A stretch of 63,541 nucleotides of DNA, filler included, from Octopus bimaculoides (GCF_001194135.2; 7 parts of 5 records of this genome joined end to end with filler, not necessarily neighbours in it); one strand, 5' to 3'. Shown: positions 35,836 to 51,099, counted from the first letter of the whole stretch. Notes: generated by a model from the letters alone, not told the origin. Made by a program: numbers and translations.

Positions 35836-37013
35836 TTTGCTCGTTGGGACTGTCCGAGTCTATCAAGGTTATTTTTTTCCCCTCTGATTAAGGGGAAACA
35901 ACCTGCCCACATTAACATTTTTCATATTCCACGAATTCGGAGCGTTGACTCAAGTCTGCAACGTAGATATTAAAAAATGTTTTATACACANNNNNNNNNN
36001 NNNNNNNNNNNNNNNNNNNNNNNNNNNNNNNNNNNNNNNNNNNNNNNNNNNNNNNNNNNNNNNNNNNNNNNNNNNNNNNNNNNNNNNNNNNNNNNNNNNN
36101 NNNNNNNNNNNNNNNNNNNNNNNNNNNNNNNNNNNNNNNNATTTTAATCGCTGTAGCCCAAGGTACTTGTGCGAGGGGAGCAGGCGTGCGCGCGCGTGTG
36201 TGTGCAGAGATACATCCATATCATAATGTTGCCTTCTTTATGACATCGACGTATGAATATATTTTCCACCATGTTTTGCCTCGTAACTCTCCATCTCCCA
36301 TCTTTAATTCACAAAACTTAATTCATATTTTAAGCGTTCAATTTTCCCTCATCAGTTTTTCCTTTTGATTTAACTGTTCTGAATTATACACTGCTTCATT
36401 TGTTTTTAGTATTAACACCGACGCATTATTCGTTCTTATTCAGATAGTGTATGCTTTCAGCTTTCATGGCTCACATACAATGTAGGGGCATTTAAAACTC
36501 TAATGATTCGAAAAATAAATGTGAAAACTTTAGGATGTTATCTTTTCTCACTTTTTATACGATTGGAATAACTATTTTTGCCTTATACGTTTAGTTTGTC
36601 AAGTTTTGACTTAATCAGTCACACTTATAGTTTTACTGCATAAGATTTATCTGAAACCTTATAACAGGTCTTGTTGTGGGAATTGTATTGATTAATTATA
36701 TCAAGAATAGAAAGAGCTTCGCCTACCATGAATTCTTGGTTGTGATTTTCTCATTTAAATTGCTTTGATTTAAATTAATTTTTTTAAAATTCTAAGTTTA
36801 GTTAAAAGAAAAAAAGTTGCTTTTGATAATTAGCCAACAGGCTAAACTAAGTCTTATAAGTAGTAATACTTTCAGTCAGCATCATCATCATCATCCCATC
36901 ATCCTCATCAGTAGTAGTAGTAGTAATATTAGTAGTTGCAGCAGCAGCACATAGTAGTAATTGTATTAGTATTAGTAGTAGTAGTAGCGGCGGCGGTGGT
37001 AGTGGTGGTTGTG

Positions 37014-37061
<48 letters not shown>

Positions 37062-37779
37062 ATAGTATTTGTTCATTGAAAAACCACACTCCTGTTTCAC
37101 AGCGACGGTTTTTAAAAGCTGTAATTAATATTACATTTTCCTAACAAATTACTTTCTCATTCCCTCTTTCTTTCAGTGCCCATGCACGAATAAACACATA
37201 CACACACACGCGCACACAGAACCACACATATTGACATACCCACACAAACACTCACACACACATATATATACTATCTTTATGTCATATTTTAGTATGCCTT
37301 CCTTAAATATAGATTACAATACATAAGTTTTCGATTATAACCTATGTAAGGTACGTTTATGGATGAAAAACTAATCCGAAGTTTGATCGATCGCATCCTG
37401 CCTCTATGAGAATATTAATACAAGTTTGACTGCTACCTATTGTGATCATACTTATAATTATCACTGAGTGTGGCTTCTGCGTCTGTTCTGTGCTCGTTTC
37501 TTTGTTTAAAATATCTATTGTGTTTTAACGTGAATATGTCCACTGACAAGTGTTCCAGTTTATCTGTTTCTATATTTTAAGGAGTAACATATTCATGGCT
37601 ATGTGCTTCTTGGATCATATGTTCCTGTGTCAAAGCGTACTTCATTTACCTACTCTATTGTTGTAGAGCCACACCGACACATACTCTCTCCGTCTCTCTC
37701 TCCCTCTCTCTGCCCCTCTCTCTCACACACACAAATACACATATGCACTCACAAACACACATATACATATACATATGTA

Positions 37780-37968
37780 CAGTAATCTCTCGACTATCGT
37801 GGGTCCCGAAATAGAAACAGTACTGTACTCTATATTTTTTAAAATTAATTTTATAACTTGTATATGTTTAATCATAAAAGCAAGATGGAGATACACACAC
37901 GGTGGAATAGGTGTAAACTTAAATAATAAAAAGCGATAAGTGAACCGCGATATGGCAAGGGCTTGCTG
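37780..37968. mobile_element. Tc1/mariner (Tigger-like) MITE
   Basis: TA|CAGTAATCTCTCG...GCGATATGGCAAGGGCTTGCTG|TA. Homologous to 19189-19413. Confidence 0.7.
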
Positions 37969-38081
37969 TACATATAGATAGACAGGCAGGCAGGCAGACA
38001 TACAGTAGGTAGGTAGGTAGGTAGGTAGGTAGGTAGGTAGATGGATAGATATATCGATAGTTATATATATATATTATATAT

Positions 38082-38116
<35 letters not shown>

Positions 38117-38984
38117 NNNNNNNNNNNNNNNNNNNNNNNNNNNNNNNNNNNNNNNNNNNNTTAATTAATTAANNNNNNNNNNNNNNNNNNNNNNNNNNNN
38201 NNNNNNNNNNNNNNNNTATATATAGGTCGTGCAGTTACTGTTAATACCTCGTTCAGAGATTTAACATATATATATATATATATATATAGTTGGAGACAAT
38301 GAAACTCGGGATAGTGTCTGATGATTGTGATGAACAAGAGGACGTTGGTAATGATGATAATGATGATGATGATGTTCTGGGTGGGGATGGCAGCGGTGAT
38401 GTTGGAAACAAGGATTCAGTTATGAGTAATCCCTCTGTCTCACTCTCGGTCTCTTGTCTCCTTCTCTCTCCTTCTCTCTCTTTCCCGCTCTCTCTCTCTT
38501 TTACTCTGTCCAGTAAACAATCATCAAAGAGGCTTTCCAGGAAATACTAGTTCTTGCTTAACAATATGGATGTAGGTTATTAGTATTTGCAAATTTGCCG
38601 TCAATTCAATTAGAGCAAAAGATCATGGATACATGAATGACTTTGTCTACGTGTTTCTGTGTATGCGTTTGTGCGTGTGTGTGTGTGTGTGTGTGTGTCT
38701 GTGCGTGTGTGTGTGCGCGTGTGTCTGCGTACTTGTATGTGCAAGCACGTGTCTGCTTATTTTTGGGGTCTGGTCATCTGGGAAAAAAACAATGTTGGCA
38801 AAATGTTATATATCTTAAATGCCAAAATCTTATATAAATACATTCACACACACACACATACATAGGCGCGCGCGCACGCGTGCACACAGATACAAACACG
38901 CACGCACGTAGACACACACAAACACACATACATACACACACACACACACATATATTTAGATAGATAGATAGATAGATAGATAGA

Positions 38985-39171
38985 TACTACACGTGTATAA
39001 GGGATGAACACTAGGTAGACATCCAATATGCTAGAAAGAGGTCATCAACGACCCAACAACAAAGAAAAATAATGTTCACCAGAACATTTTTCTTTGTGGT
39101 TGGGTCATTGATGACCTCCTTCTAGCATATTGGATGTCCACCTAGTGGTCATCCCTTATACACGTGTAGTA
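38985..39171. repeat. 187-bp near-perfect palindrome (foldback MITE-like element)
   Basis: Arms TACTACACGTGTATAAGGGATG...AAAGAAAAAT and their reverse complement, about 5 mismatches over about 85 bp, short loop, TA at both ends. Confidence 0.9.
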
Positions 39172-40009
39172 CAATTTTTTTTGAATTTTCAGATTTTTTT
39201 ATATGCTAGACCACTTGGTTTTAAATTGAATTAATATTCAATTTATCACCCTATCTATATAAATAGTAATTTATATAGATAGAAAAATAGATATACATAC
39301 GCACACGCACGCGCACGCACACAAACACACATGCGCACGCACACTCACAAACACACATACATATATTATACATTAAAATGTAGCTTGAATAATGTTACCC
39401 AGCCAAACTGGCGCATAATGGGAAAATACTATGAATTAAGAATCCCCTGAAATGTAAATACGAACGGAATAAAACAAATATCGATTAAATCGAACAAGTG
39501 GTTGTGGAGATATTAGGCGTTTTCAGGGTAAAAGTACCCAACACGGTGCATAATGGGAACATCCCCCGAAAATAACTTACTCCTGAATGGGAAGAAACTC
39601 TTACCTTTCGATTAGACAACGAAAATTACGATTTGTTTTTTAGAGTAAATGTTTTTTAATCATTTAGAAATATTTTTTAAGTGAATGGGATTTAAAAAAT
39701 GTTGGTTGTTTGTACAGTAATTATTTATATTTTAGCTTACTTTAAACAGACAATATTTTAATATTTTTAAAAATTATTTTCAAGTGAATAGCATTACAAC
39801 ATTTTTTTGACATATCTAAAGAGTATTTTAAAGTGAAAATGACTTTAAAAATACGGTAAATATTTCGTTAAAAAAACCGTTCGTAACCTCGGTGTAAAGT
39901 AATTTTTTTCCATAGGATTTTTTCGAGTGCATTCAACGTATCTCACTTCTAAAGATTTAGCTGCTATTTCTAGCATGCCCTGCTACCACATATTGGCGAC
40001 AAAAGACCT

Positions 40010-40230
40010 GAAATACATGGTAGTGGGGCAACTGTCTTCGAAGGCTCATATTGTCGTTGATTGCTCGAAATAGGAAGTAGATAGACAGCTGACAACTGAC
40101 GAAGGGTCGTTCTTTCTATTGTTTGTATTACTTGTCTTGTTTTCCATTTTTCTCTCGTTATTTGCATATTTAACTCAGTTGTTTTCGTATATCCTGTTGT
40201 TTACTGTTGGTAATGTCCTGTACCCATATA
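40010..40230 (+). mobile_element. Interspersed repeat, probable PLE terminal region
   Basis: Homologous to the reverse complement of 45225-45400 (ATATTGTCGTTGA.TGCTCGAAAT...CAACTGA(C/T)GAAGGGTCGTTC). Confidence 0.55.
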
Positions 40231-40468
40231 TATATATATATAAAACAAACTAATATGTATGAACATGTGTATATGCAGACGTTAATATTTCTGTCTAAGT
40301 ACATCAGTCTCTGTCTGTCTGTTTCTCTCTCTCTCTCTCTTTATATATATATATATATATAGATATATATNNNNNNNNNNNNNNNNNNNNNNNNNNNNNN
40401 NNNNNNNNNNNNNNNNNNNNNNNNNNNNNNNNNNNNNNNNNNNNNNNNNNNNTATATATATATATATA

Positions 40469-40515
<47 letters not shown>

Positions 40516-41081
40516 GCATTGTGCATACATACAATTCAAGCATACACAATGCATGTATTTATATATGCACACATATATGCATAAAGACAAACTTATATAC
40601 ATGTGTGCTTGTATACATACGTAAACTCACTTCATTCTCAGAATATTTTTATACCCATATTTGTGATGCAAATTCAGTGATTGCTATAGTGTCTATAAGA
40701 AGAATTAAAATGTATATTAATATATCACAGTTTGTATAGGCGTGTATATATGTATACAAATGTCTATTTAACAGTATAGAACATGTCCATGTCTGTGTCT
40801 ATCGATATCAGTGTGTGTGTGTGTGTGTGTGTGTGTGTATCTGTGTGCTCGTTCGCATTAGTGTGTGTATATGTGTTTGTGATTCTACGCTTGTGTTTGC
40901 GTAGATTTATCGATACATACGCTAATGTTAGTTTTATGAATAATATGTATTATGTTTACAATGAAAGTAGCCGTCCCTGTATAAACGCTTCCTGGGTTAC
41001 ATGTACCCCGCCACACACACACATATGTATTTATCTATGTATATATACTTACATATATACACATATATGTGTGTATGTATG

Positions 41082-41132
<51 letters not shown>

Positions 41133-41142
41133 NNNNNNNNNN

Positions 41143-41213
<71 letters not shown>

Positions 41214-41821
41214 ATATATATATATGTGCGTGTGTGTATGTGTCTATGAGGATGTGTTGAAAGAAAGAGAGAGGAACCGAGTAATAGAGAAACTATGATA
41301 GAGAAATTATTCAATATTAATGAATTATGCACATTTGTTATGCGTTTATATATGCATATAATATATATATATACACACACAAACACATAGAGATTTACTA
41401 TTTACAGCTTACATACCAACACTGACACACACATAGGCGAAATCATACGCATATGAAAATATACATATATTTAAATAAGTGTATTTTGTTCGGAAATTTA
41501 TAAATATAAGATTATATATGTATGAATATGTTTGTGTTTCTATATATTTATGTGTACGTGTGTAACTGCCTGTATCTTTACATTTTGCATTTGTAAATAC
41601 GTATGTACGTATAGATTTGCTGCACATCAATGCTGCTCTTCATCTTTCTATAAACGCCTGTCTTTATCTCATGTCTGCACGCACTTATGTATATGTATAG
41701 ATAAATATATATGGCTGGAAATTTCCTCATATATAGCCATGAAGCCAGATATGTACGTCTTGTTGCATGCATATATGTGCAGACAAGTGTACAACTGTAC
41801 GTGTGTCTATACATACATACA

Positions 41822-41914
<93 letters not shown>

Positions 41915-42225
41915 ATCACTATATATGCGCATGCGTGAGTGTCTGTGTGTTTAGTCATTTTTATGTGCGTCTATGTTTTTATGAATGAGTGTGAAGTATA
42001 CATTACACATGAAACGAGAAAATATTAATATAAATATTGTGTGATAACAGAGTGATATCTTCGACATACACCTATACACGGATACAATACATATATATGT
42101 GTGTGTTTCTATGTGAATAATCATAATAATAATAATAATAATAATAAATAATAATAATAATAATAATAATGATGATGATGATGATGATGATGATGATAAT
42201 AATAATAATAAGAATAATAATAATG

Positions 42226-42268
<43 letters not shown>

Positions 42269-42520
42269 TAATAATGATAATAATAATAATAANNNNNNNN
42301 NNNNNNNNNNNNNNNNNNNNNNNNNNNNNNNNNNNNNNNNNNNNNNNNNNNNNNNNNNNNNNNNNNNNNNNNNNNNNNNNNNNNNNNNNNNNNNNNNNNN
42401 NNNNNNNNNNNNNNNNNNNNNNNNNNNNNNNNNNNNNNNNNNNNNNNNNNNNNNNNNNNNNNNNNNNNNNNNNNNNNNNNNNNNNNNNNNNNNNNNNNNN
42501 NNNNNNNNNNNNNNNNNNNN

Positions 42521-42870
42521 TCTGATCACGAGCAGAAGTGGTGGAGGAGCATCATAGCCATGTGTTGAGAGGAATTCTTTGAGGTTTGGATAATTCACCT
42601 CTGGAAACATGTGTGTTTCGTTGAACATCCTTAAACAACCCTTATTCAAGGATTTTTTGAGCGGGATGGGCTACCCGACCTGAAGAAAATTCTAACTGGG
42701 CCCCACCTGCAAAGTCATACGCTGTTTATATTGATATGAGATCACTATGTTGCGCACATATGGTTGTGATGCATGTGCCTGGTGTACCCTAATCAGATGG
42801 GTAGTCATGATGGGTATACTGGGCTTCGTATATTTTACCCCAGTGTCACTTTGATGCATTGCTCTCTCAA
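42521..42870 (+). mobile_element. Interspersed repeat family D
   Basis: Homolog of 16707-16972, ending ...TGCTCTCTC followed by an (AAT/AAC)n tail. Confidence 0.75.
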
Positions 42871-42926
42871 TAATAGTAACAACAACAACAACAACAACAA
42901 TAATAATGATAATAACAACAACAACT

Positions 42927-42968
<42 letters not shown>

Positions 42969-43182
42969 TATCCTTTCTACTGGAGGCACAAGACCTCAAA
43001 TTTGTGGGGAGGAGACTGGTCGATTATATCGGCCCAAGTGATTCACTGGTACTTAATTTATCGACCCCGAAAAGATGAAAGGCAAAGTCGACCTCGGCGA
43101 ATTTGAACTCGGAACGTTGCGACGGGTGAAATACCGCTAAGAATTTCGTCCAGCGCGCTAACGGTTCTGTGATCTCGCCGCC
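42969..43182 (-). mobile_element. Full-length SINE family A
   Basis: Minus head GGCGGCGAGATCACAGAACCGTTAGC..., B-box-like GAGTTCAAATTCGCC, (ATT)n tail, flanked by (AAT)n arrays on both sides. Confidence 0.88.
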
Positions 43183-43199
43183 ATGGTAATAATAATAAC

Positions 43200-43278
<79 letters not shown>

Positions 43279-43284
43279 GCAGCT

Positions 43285-43359
<75 letters not shown>

Positions 43360-43800
43360 TGATGATGTGTAAAAAAGGAAGTGCGCCATTCTCTTGGTTT
43401 AGATAGATAAGTAGTTTTTAGTACCTGAGAATATAATCTGTTTGTAATATTTCTTTTGTTGATGCTTGCATGTATTTGTGTGTGTGTGTGTGTGTGTGTG
43501 TCTTCGCGCGTTTCCTCTTCTCTTGTCATAGCACAAAGCATCTTCCACTTCGTGACCTTAGATTTTACCAATACGCTCTGAAACGCTCCATGAAAACAAC
43601 ATCTAATGCCGAAGCCTTGTTTTGGCATAGGCGCGCGCGCACCCGCACACAAGCACACAGAAACAAACAGACACACTCACACACACACAAACACACACAC
43701 ACTTACTCACAGACATATGTACACACTCAAACGCTGCGACACAAAGACATGTACTCTCATATACCTATATCTGTTTCAATATGTATCATGTGCGTATAAA

Positions 43801-43876
<76 letters not shown>

Positions 43877-43990
43877 CTATATATATACATATACATATGC
43901 ATATATTAATACATATATATGCATATATACACACACACATAATTATATATATATAAGCACACATATAAGTATATATATATGCATGTATGA

Positions 43991-44021
<31 letters not shown>

Positions 44022-44649
44022 TGTGTGCTGAGACATAAACACAAACATACACATCTGTACGTCTGTTTGTATGTGTTTCTGCATGTTTATGCATACATCT
44101 GCGTGTGTGTGTGTGTGTGTGTGTGTGTTGTGTATGTATGTGTATGTTTATGTGTGCGTGTATGTGTGCGTGTGTGCTTGTGAGTGTGTATGTGTGTGAA
44201 TAAATGTGTATATATCTATGTGCGTGTGTGACAGTTGTTATGGAATTTCAAGAAAAAAATATAAATTCCATTTCTGGAAATACAATTCCATTTATCATTT
44301 TTTTTTCTTCTTCTTTTTTCTATTTCTTTGGTTTCGATTATGCATATTTTCATTACTATTCTTTTTTCTTTGGAATTTTTTATTCAATTTTTTTATCCAC
44401 TTTATTCTATCATCTTCGAGACATAGTGTGTTACCATTTATTAATGTTAATATAACATAGAGTCTTCGTATGACAGTACTATACTCTATTGGTATCACAA
44501 GTTCGATTCTGAGTGGAATCATTTCGCATTAACAGCAACAGTACGTCACTTTATTTTGAGCATTCTTCTACAAAACCACTTTTGACTACCAGTACTAGGT
44601 ATAAAAACAATTCTCCATATTTATTAAATAAAACAGCCCACTTTGCAAC

Positions 44650-44760
44650 CAGGCAGTGTTGGGTTCAGTCCTACTGCGCGACACTATGCGTATGCGTCTC
44701 CGGCTACAGCCTTAGCTAACCAATGCTGTGTGAGTGAATTTGTTAGAAACCCGTCGTATA
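44650..44760 (+). mobile_element. SINE family B, partial 5' half
   Basis: GGGTTCAGTCCTACTGCGCGACAC...TGTGAGTGAATTTGTTAGAAACCCGTCGTATA. Confidence 0.6.
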
Positions 44761-44786
44761 TATATATATTTGTATATATGATATAA

Positions 44787-44838
<52 letters not shown>

Positions 44839-45224
44839 ATTATGTGTATTTCTTCTATCTTAATGAATAAAAATTCTTCTGATAGAATAAATGGGTTAAT
44901 AGAAACCAATGTAGCAAAGAACACAAAATAACTGTGGTTAGCTCCTGTTTTTAAGGCAGGAACTCCTTGAAATTTTGGGTATTTGAGTATATTTAAGAAT
45001 TTAAGGACTGGAGAAAACGCATGTTATAATCGGTCATAATGTCTTACGTTTAAGATGATTCCCATGCTTTCACTGATGAGAAGGTTACAATTTTAATATC
45101 AAAGATCCCTATGGATCACACAGGTTGTAATCCTTTGAAACATATGTAGGAATAAAGTATGCAATTATAACATGCGTTTTCTCCAATCCTTAAATTCTTA
45201 TATATATATATATATATATGCATA

Positions 45225-45400
45225 TATGGGAGCAGGACGTCGCCAACTGTGTAAACAACATGAAGTACGAAAAGAAACGCATTAAATACGCAAACAACGA
45301 GAGACAAAATGAAAAATAGGACAGGTAACATGGAGAACGACCCTTCATCAGTTGTTGGTTGTGTATCTACTCCTCATTTCGAGCATTCAACGACAATATA
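45225..45400 (-). mobile_element. Interspersed repeat, probable PLE terminal region
   Basis: Homolog of 40010-40230. Confidence 0.55.
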
Positions 45401-45411
45401 TAATAATAGTA

Positions 45412-45463
<52 letters not shown>

Positions 45464-45467
<4 letters not shown>

Positions 45468-46400
45468 CAGGGAGAGAGCAAAGGATAAGTGGGGCCTCAT
45501 GGGCTAATTAATAATGATACATCTAGTGATGGTGTCACAATAAAGACACTGATAATTGCGCAACCTGATAATCGCTACCTCACATGTGTGACAATGGAAA
45601 AAGAAAATATTGTGACTAACGGTGGGAATGAAACTGAAGCCGATGGTGGTGACAGTGGTACACCCGGTAGGCTCAGAGATTCTGGTCTGGCTCCAGCCTG
45701 TCGATATCCAGAGAGGGACCACCACACACGGCGTAGATGGAGCAAGCAAATTAATGCTGTGGTCATGGAGTGTTACTACTTGAGCAACCCGGTAGATGAA
45801 AATGGTGCTCAAATTAGGGGTTACTGAAAACGTATGTATGATCATTGGAGAGAAAAGGGATTGTTTCAACTCACGGAACAGAGACTATGTGATCAAGCTA
45901 GAGCAATAAGAAAAAAATGTTTGTTCACAGAAGTAGAGCTCGAAGCCATCAAAAGACGGGTCATGGAAAATAGCAGCAAAGATAACAATGAAAATAAAGT
46001 TCTTACTAATAAGAGTAATTCCATAGCACAGGAAAGGAGCAGTAGTAGTTTACTTGATGAGAGACATATAGATGATCTAAAAGAAGACAATAAAACTAAT
46101 GACGACATGACAGATGAACAAAAGACAATCTACGTCAGAATAAAGGCAAAACTACAGGAGAACGATAGCGACATTATTTGCAGCCTTAAAAAGGTTGATC
46201 GATGGAAATTGAACCAAGAAACGAAAAATGTCAATGAATTTCTGAAATACATCAGAACAAACATCACAGAAACAAATAATTTGATCAAGGCAGCAAGTAT
46301 TGTTGTAACAGAAAATGTAGGTGTCGATGTCAAGAAGAAAAAAAATTGGGGGAGTGGCAAAAGAAAACATCCATGGTGGAAAAGAAGAATACAGTTGGGG
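45464..46400 (+). mobile_element. R4/Dong LINE 5' region (ORF N-terminus), 3'-truncated
   Basis: Starts directly after an (AAT)n array. RRRWSKQINAVVMECYYLSNP...GY*KRMYDHWREKG...TEQRLCDQARAI...PWWKRRI matches the N-terminal motifs of R4/Dong ORFs, with one in-frame TGA at 45825. Confidence 0.75.
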
Positions 46401-46500
46401 GTTAGATACGAGCCAATGTACGCCACTAGCCCAGAAGGGAAACCACGATTTTGTGATCGTGAGTAGAATACTCCGACCATTATGTCTCTCTCTCTTTCTG

Positions 46501-46558
<58 letters not shown>

Positions 46559-48149
46559 TCTCTCTCTCTCTTTCTCTCTCTCCCTCTTTCTCTCTCTCTC
46601 ACACACACACATACACAACGTGAAAGTACAGAGACTCTTTAAATCTGAACACAGTATATATATATCTACCAAAAAGAAATATTACGTATTTCTCACCCGG
46701 TTTGACATCTAACGAGAGTGTATTTCCAGAAGAGAAATTAGCATAGAATAACTAAGAATCAAGGGTCGATTAAAATAGTAGTTATTAATGTTATCTGTCA
46801 CATTTCTAACTAATAAGACCTGCTAATTACTCTTGTTGGTTAAGATTACACAAGTGCAAATCAATAATCACCACAGCAACAAAATTTTCCCATAAAATTG
46901 GATTAGATTTTCAACTGTCAAAACGAGGAATCTTACGTATCTACAAGACTATAAACACTGAAATCAAATATCTCTATATAATAAGCGCTGTTATAAATGT
47001 TGGCTTGTTGATTGATTTCTCTAGTTACGTTTTAAATCGTATTGAGAGAGGAAGAGAGAAAGTAAAATGGAGATACATAGAGTGAGTTAACAATATGTTG
47101 CAGGTTGTTTGCACATGCCAGGCTTAGTTGCGGGCAATGAGTAAAAAAATGCTACACACTCAGGGTGAGAGGGGGGAAAGTCATAGTGACAAAGTAAAGG
47201 AGAAGTAAATGGCGTAGATGATAGTGTATTTATGAGAGAAGTTAAACAGATATGAAATTTGTTTTAATTTTATTTTAAGTTAATGAATTATTATTTTTTT
47301 TTTTGTAAATCAGCGTTCATTTTATCATTTTGTTGAAGCAGCATGAAATTTTATAAAAGTTAAGTTATAATTATTTCATTGTTCCATTTTCCCTGATATT
47401 ATCTACAGTGGCAAAGGTATACTTCTAAAGTTCCCTTCATATGACGGATAACAATCAAGCAGTAACCATATCGAGTGACCATTAACGTGTGTCATTAAAT
47501 AGTCAATGCTTCATATGCAATCTATAGAGATAACATAAAAACCGTCAAGGGCTTGTATGAACAATTCTTGTGGGACACAAATTTTGATCTTGACGGATTT
47601 AAGTTTAGAATAATAATATATAGCTTCTTTATTTTACTCAAAGGCGATGTTTCTGTGACAGTATAAAGAGAAATTACGAAAACAGTTCGGAAGAAACAGT
47701 TGCATAAAATACAACATGCGAACATGGACGTGAAAAGGATACGCTTCGATAGCGAGACAACCTTTTCGTGTCAATAGTGAAACTCCACTTATCGCATGAC
47801 GCTTGTGTGGTGTGTGTATTTAAGGCAGCACACCATTTTATCTCTGTATCTATATATTACACCAATTCTGACGAATTATATTTGAAGATGCAATAATGTC
47901 GCACAGCTGTGCTGCGTAGCCTTGTCTACTCAATGTTAACTCATTCGATGAAGAAATCTGTGATAGTCATATTAATCTTCATTTATCTTTAAAAATGGCA
48001 GCATAAAATACTATGGAACTTTTGTATGCAAAACAGACCCGCCACATAAGTTATTGCAAATTTAGCATCATTTTTCATAACAAAAATGATGATGAAGTTC
48101 TCGTTGTCATCATAGCAATACCTATGCATTATAATTATTTCAACTATAA

Positions 48150-48305
48150 GGACATGACCTGAAATTTGGCGGGAAGGTGATAGTCAATTACATCGACCAC
48201 AGTGCTCAACAAGTACTTATTTCATTGGTAGCATTTGAACTAAGAACGCCAGGACCAGGAAGAAATGCCACTTATCATTTTGTCCGGTATTCTAACGCTT
48301 CTACC
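48150..48305 (-). mobile_element. SINE family A (degenerate)
   Basis: CAATTACATCGACCACAGTGCTCAAC.AGTACTTATTT...GAACTAAGAACG...CTAACGCTTCTACC. Confidence 0.65.
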
Positions 48306-49099
48306 TTATAAATAATAATAAGGGCTTAGGTAATTTTATAAGGGCAGTCATTTTATAAGGAGACACAATGTTGATACTACCGACCCTGCACTTCCCTAGA
48401 AGTATAAAACCCAAAGTTATTCTTAGCGGGATTAAATTTGCAATGGTAGCATCGTTTCTATATTTTGTACAAAGTCGATGATTGAGTGACACTATGAAGA
48501 GGAATTACTAAAATAATTCGGAAATGATAGCTCCATGGAATGGAATGTGTGAATACAAACACAAAAATAATATTATACAAAAAAATTAAAAGGCAACATC
48601 CCAACAGAGAATCATTTTCGAGCCAACCAAGGAGCTTCACTTATCCTGTCATGAAATTTATAATAATTTCTAAAATAACAACAAGGTTATGATGTGATAA
48701 AGAAATATGTGTGGTCAATGTAATCAATTCTTTAGTGGAAATGTACGAGAGTGATTGCTACATGTGGTTGGAGATGATTTAATCGTCAAAAGTGTCTGAG
48801 TCGGAAGACAATGAATATAGAGAAATAAATGTCATAACAATGTCTCCGAGGACAGAAGAAGGAATATCGGTCTGACCTATTCCGGTTTTATTTGGGACAA
48901 GTCTTTAGAGACCGCATGACTGCTCTTCTATGTTCATAGAAAGAGATTATATGCATAGTAATTATCATTACTAACTTCACAAAAGCGAAAAATCCGATTT
49001 GCATAAATGGCGCTTTATCAGCATTTAAATTAATTAGCTACTGCTGCACTAAATATAAATATATTATGATGAAGCGTGTACTCTCCAGTACGCAAATTG

Positions 49100-49260
49100 C
49101 GTGTTTACGTCCCCGTTAACCAGCGGTTCGGGGAAAAGAGATCCGATAGAATACGTACTGGGCTTCAAAATAAAAAAACAAGTCCTGGGGACGATTTGTT
49201 CGACTAAACCCATTCAAGGCGGTGCCCCAGCATGGCCACAGTCTAATGTCTGAAACAACA
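49100..49260 (+). mobile_element. SINE family B, 3' half
   Basis: GTGTTTACGTCCCCG..AGCGGTTCGG..GGCGGTGCCCCAGCATGGCCACAGTC..TGAAACAA. Confidence 0.8.
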
Positions 49261-49403
49261 AGGTTATGATGCGTTCTTGTGTTTTTAAAAAACATTCTTT
49301 GTTGAGAACAGTTATCGTTTAGAGAAACTGAAGATATATCTAGTTCACTCTAGATATGAAACCAATGGTATTTCTCTAAAACTATTACTTTACACATACA
49401 AAC

Positions 49404-49469
<66 letters not shown>

Positions 49470-51013
49470 GTATGTATATATATAATTGAATAATATAGAG
49501 TCAACAAGGAGTACGGTTGGACAGTTATGTTTTAATCATTACACATGTTTCCATACAGCACAGTTCTTCATATATACTAGAATTCGATTATGCAGTGGTT
49601 TACCTGCATAATGGGACCCAGTTGTTTTCCTGCATGTGGTATTCAATTGCTGTCCCCGTTAGTTACAAAACCTTCCACCTTGATGCTAACCCATCCATCT
49701 GCCATGTTTGAATTTATATATGGGGCACCATACACACTTATTAACCGACTCATTTCAACAAATTACTGCAAAGCTACGTTTGCCCTGAAGATCCTTCATA
49801 AGTGCGAAATATGTCTGTGCTTTTCTTCCCGTACGTGCCAAGAAATGGAGAAAAAAAAAATGAATGAAAAAATAATGAAATTAGTCATCGACTAATATTG
49901 TGTTCTGTTATCGCATATTTGATCATACTCTGGCTTTCTTATGTTCCAAACACTAGATATTATTCCCCCCCCCCNNNNNNNNNNNNNNNNNNNNNNNNNN
50001 NNNNNNNNNNNNNNNNNNNNNNNNNNNNNNNNNNNNNNNNNNNNNNNNNNNNNNNNNNNNNNNNCCGCAGCCACTCACTACCTTTACCACACCTCCATCA
50101 ATTCCCTCTCCATCTACTCTAAACATTGACTTTCTGCTTTATCAAAAGAAATCAATATTTCCAGCCATCAATTGGATATTAGCATACGTCTCAGAGTTAT
50201 GATTTTCTGTATAAACTATTCGCTTTCTTTGTTGTTGTTGTTGTTGTTGTTGTTGATGATGATGATGATGATGATGATGGCGTTTTTGCTTTACATCTTA
50301 TTTCTGTTGTTTTTTGGTGTGTTTTTTTTGTAGTGGTTTTCAACCTCAGGCCAGCTCTATTTCAGTAGAACTAAGATCAAAAGCTTTGAAGCCGCGATCA
50401 TCATCCAGTTTTTTTGTTTAAGGTAGTATGTATCTAGGACTACAATATTCATAAAGGCATTATAAGATGTATCTCGGGCTACATGTTTCTTCTAGGGTTA
50501 ACTGTTCCTTCTAAGGTTACATGCTAGCCGCTAATAATTATAAAGTCCTGTGCTAGATATTAAACTGCAACCGGTAGAGGGGTTTCAGTTAGGTCTACGG
50601 GGCATTCAGAGGCTAGAGAGCAACCCTTTTGTCATCACCACTTCCTGTTCTGCTCTGATCTGGGGTGGTAGTACGTGTCAATGGCCCTATATTTAGGCTA
50701 AATAGTAGAAAGCCTCGGTGGAGGGCTGAACTTTTGACATATGTCATATAGATATGTTAGTGCATTGGGTTACATAGACCCTGTGCCGGGAGCGTGAGCT
50801 CGACATAACGGGAGACTAGTAGATTAAAAAAAACTTTAAAGGAACCCGTTTGGAAGGCAACGAGTAACCACTACTGAGTCTTTCCAAGAAAAATTCTGAA
50901 TCTTCGGACTTTGATGCAAAGGTCCATGACAGCTTATGTCTGTAAAACCGGCATAGAAATACAGAGAAGGGATGATTAGACAGACAGGCAGACAGACAGA
51001 CAGACAGACAGAC

Positions 51014-51066
<53 letters not shown>

Positions 51067-51099
51067 CATATTGATGTTATTGCTATTATTGTGGGTCTG

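Noticed and set aside
40040-40110. CTGACGAAGGG / CGAAAT pieces in the 40010 and 45225 repeat family
   Set aside because: The motifs are in the wrong order within a single copy and no complete fold could be built.
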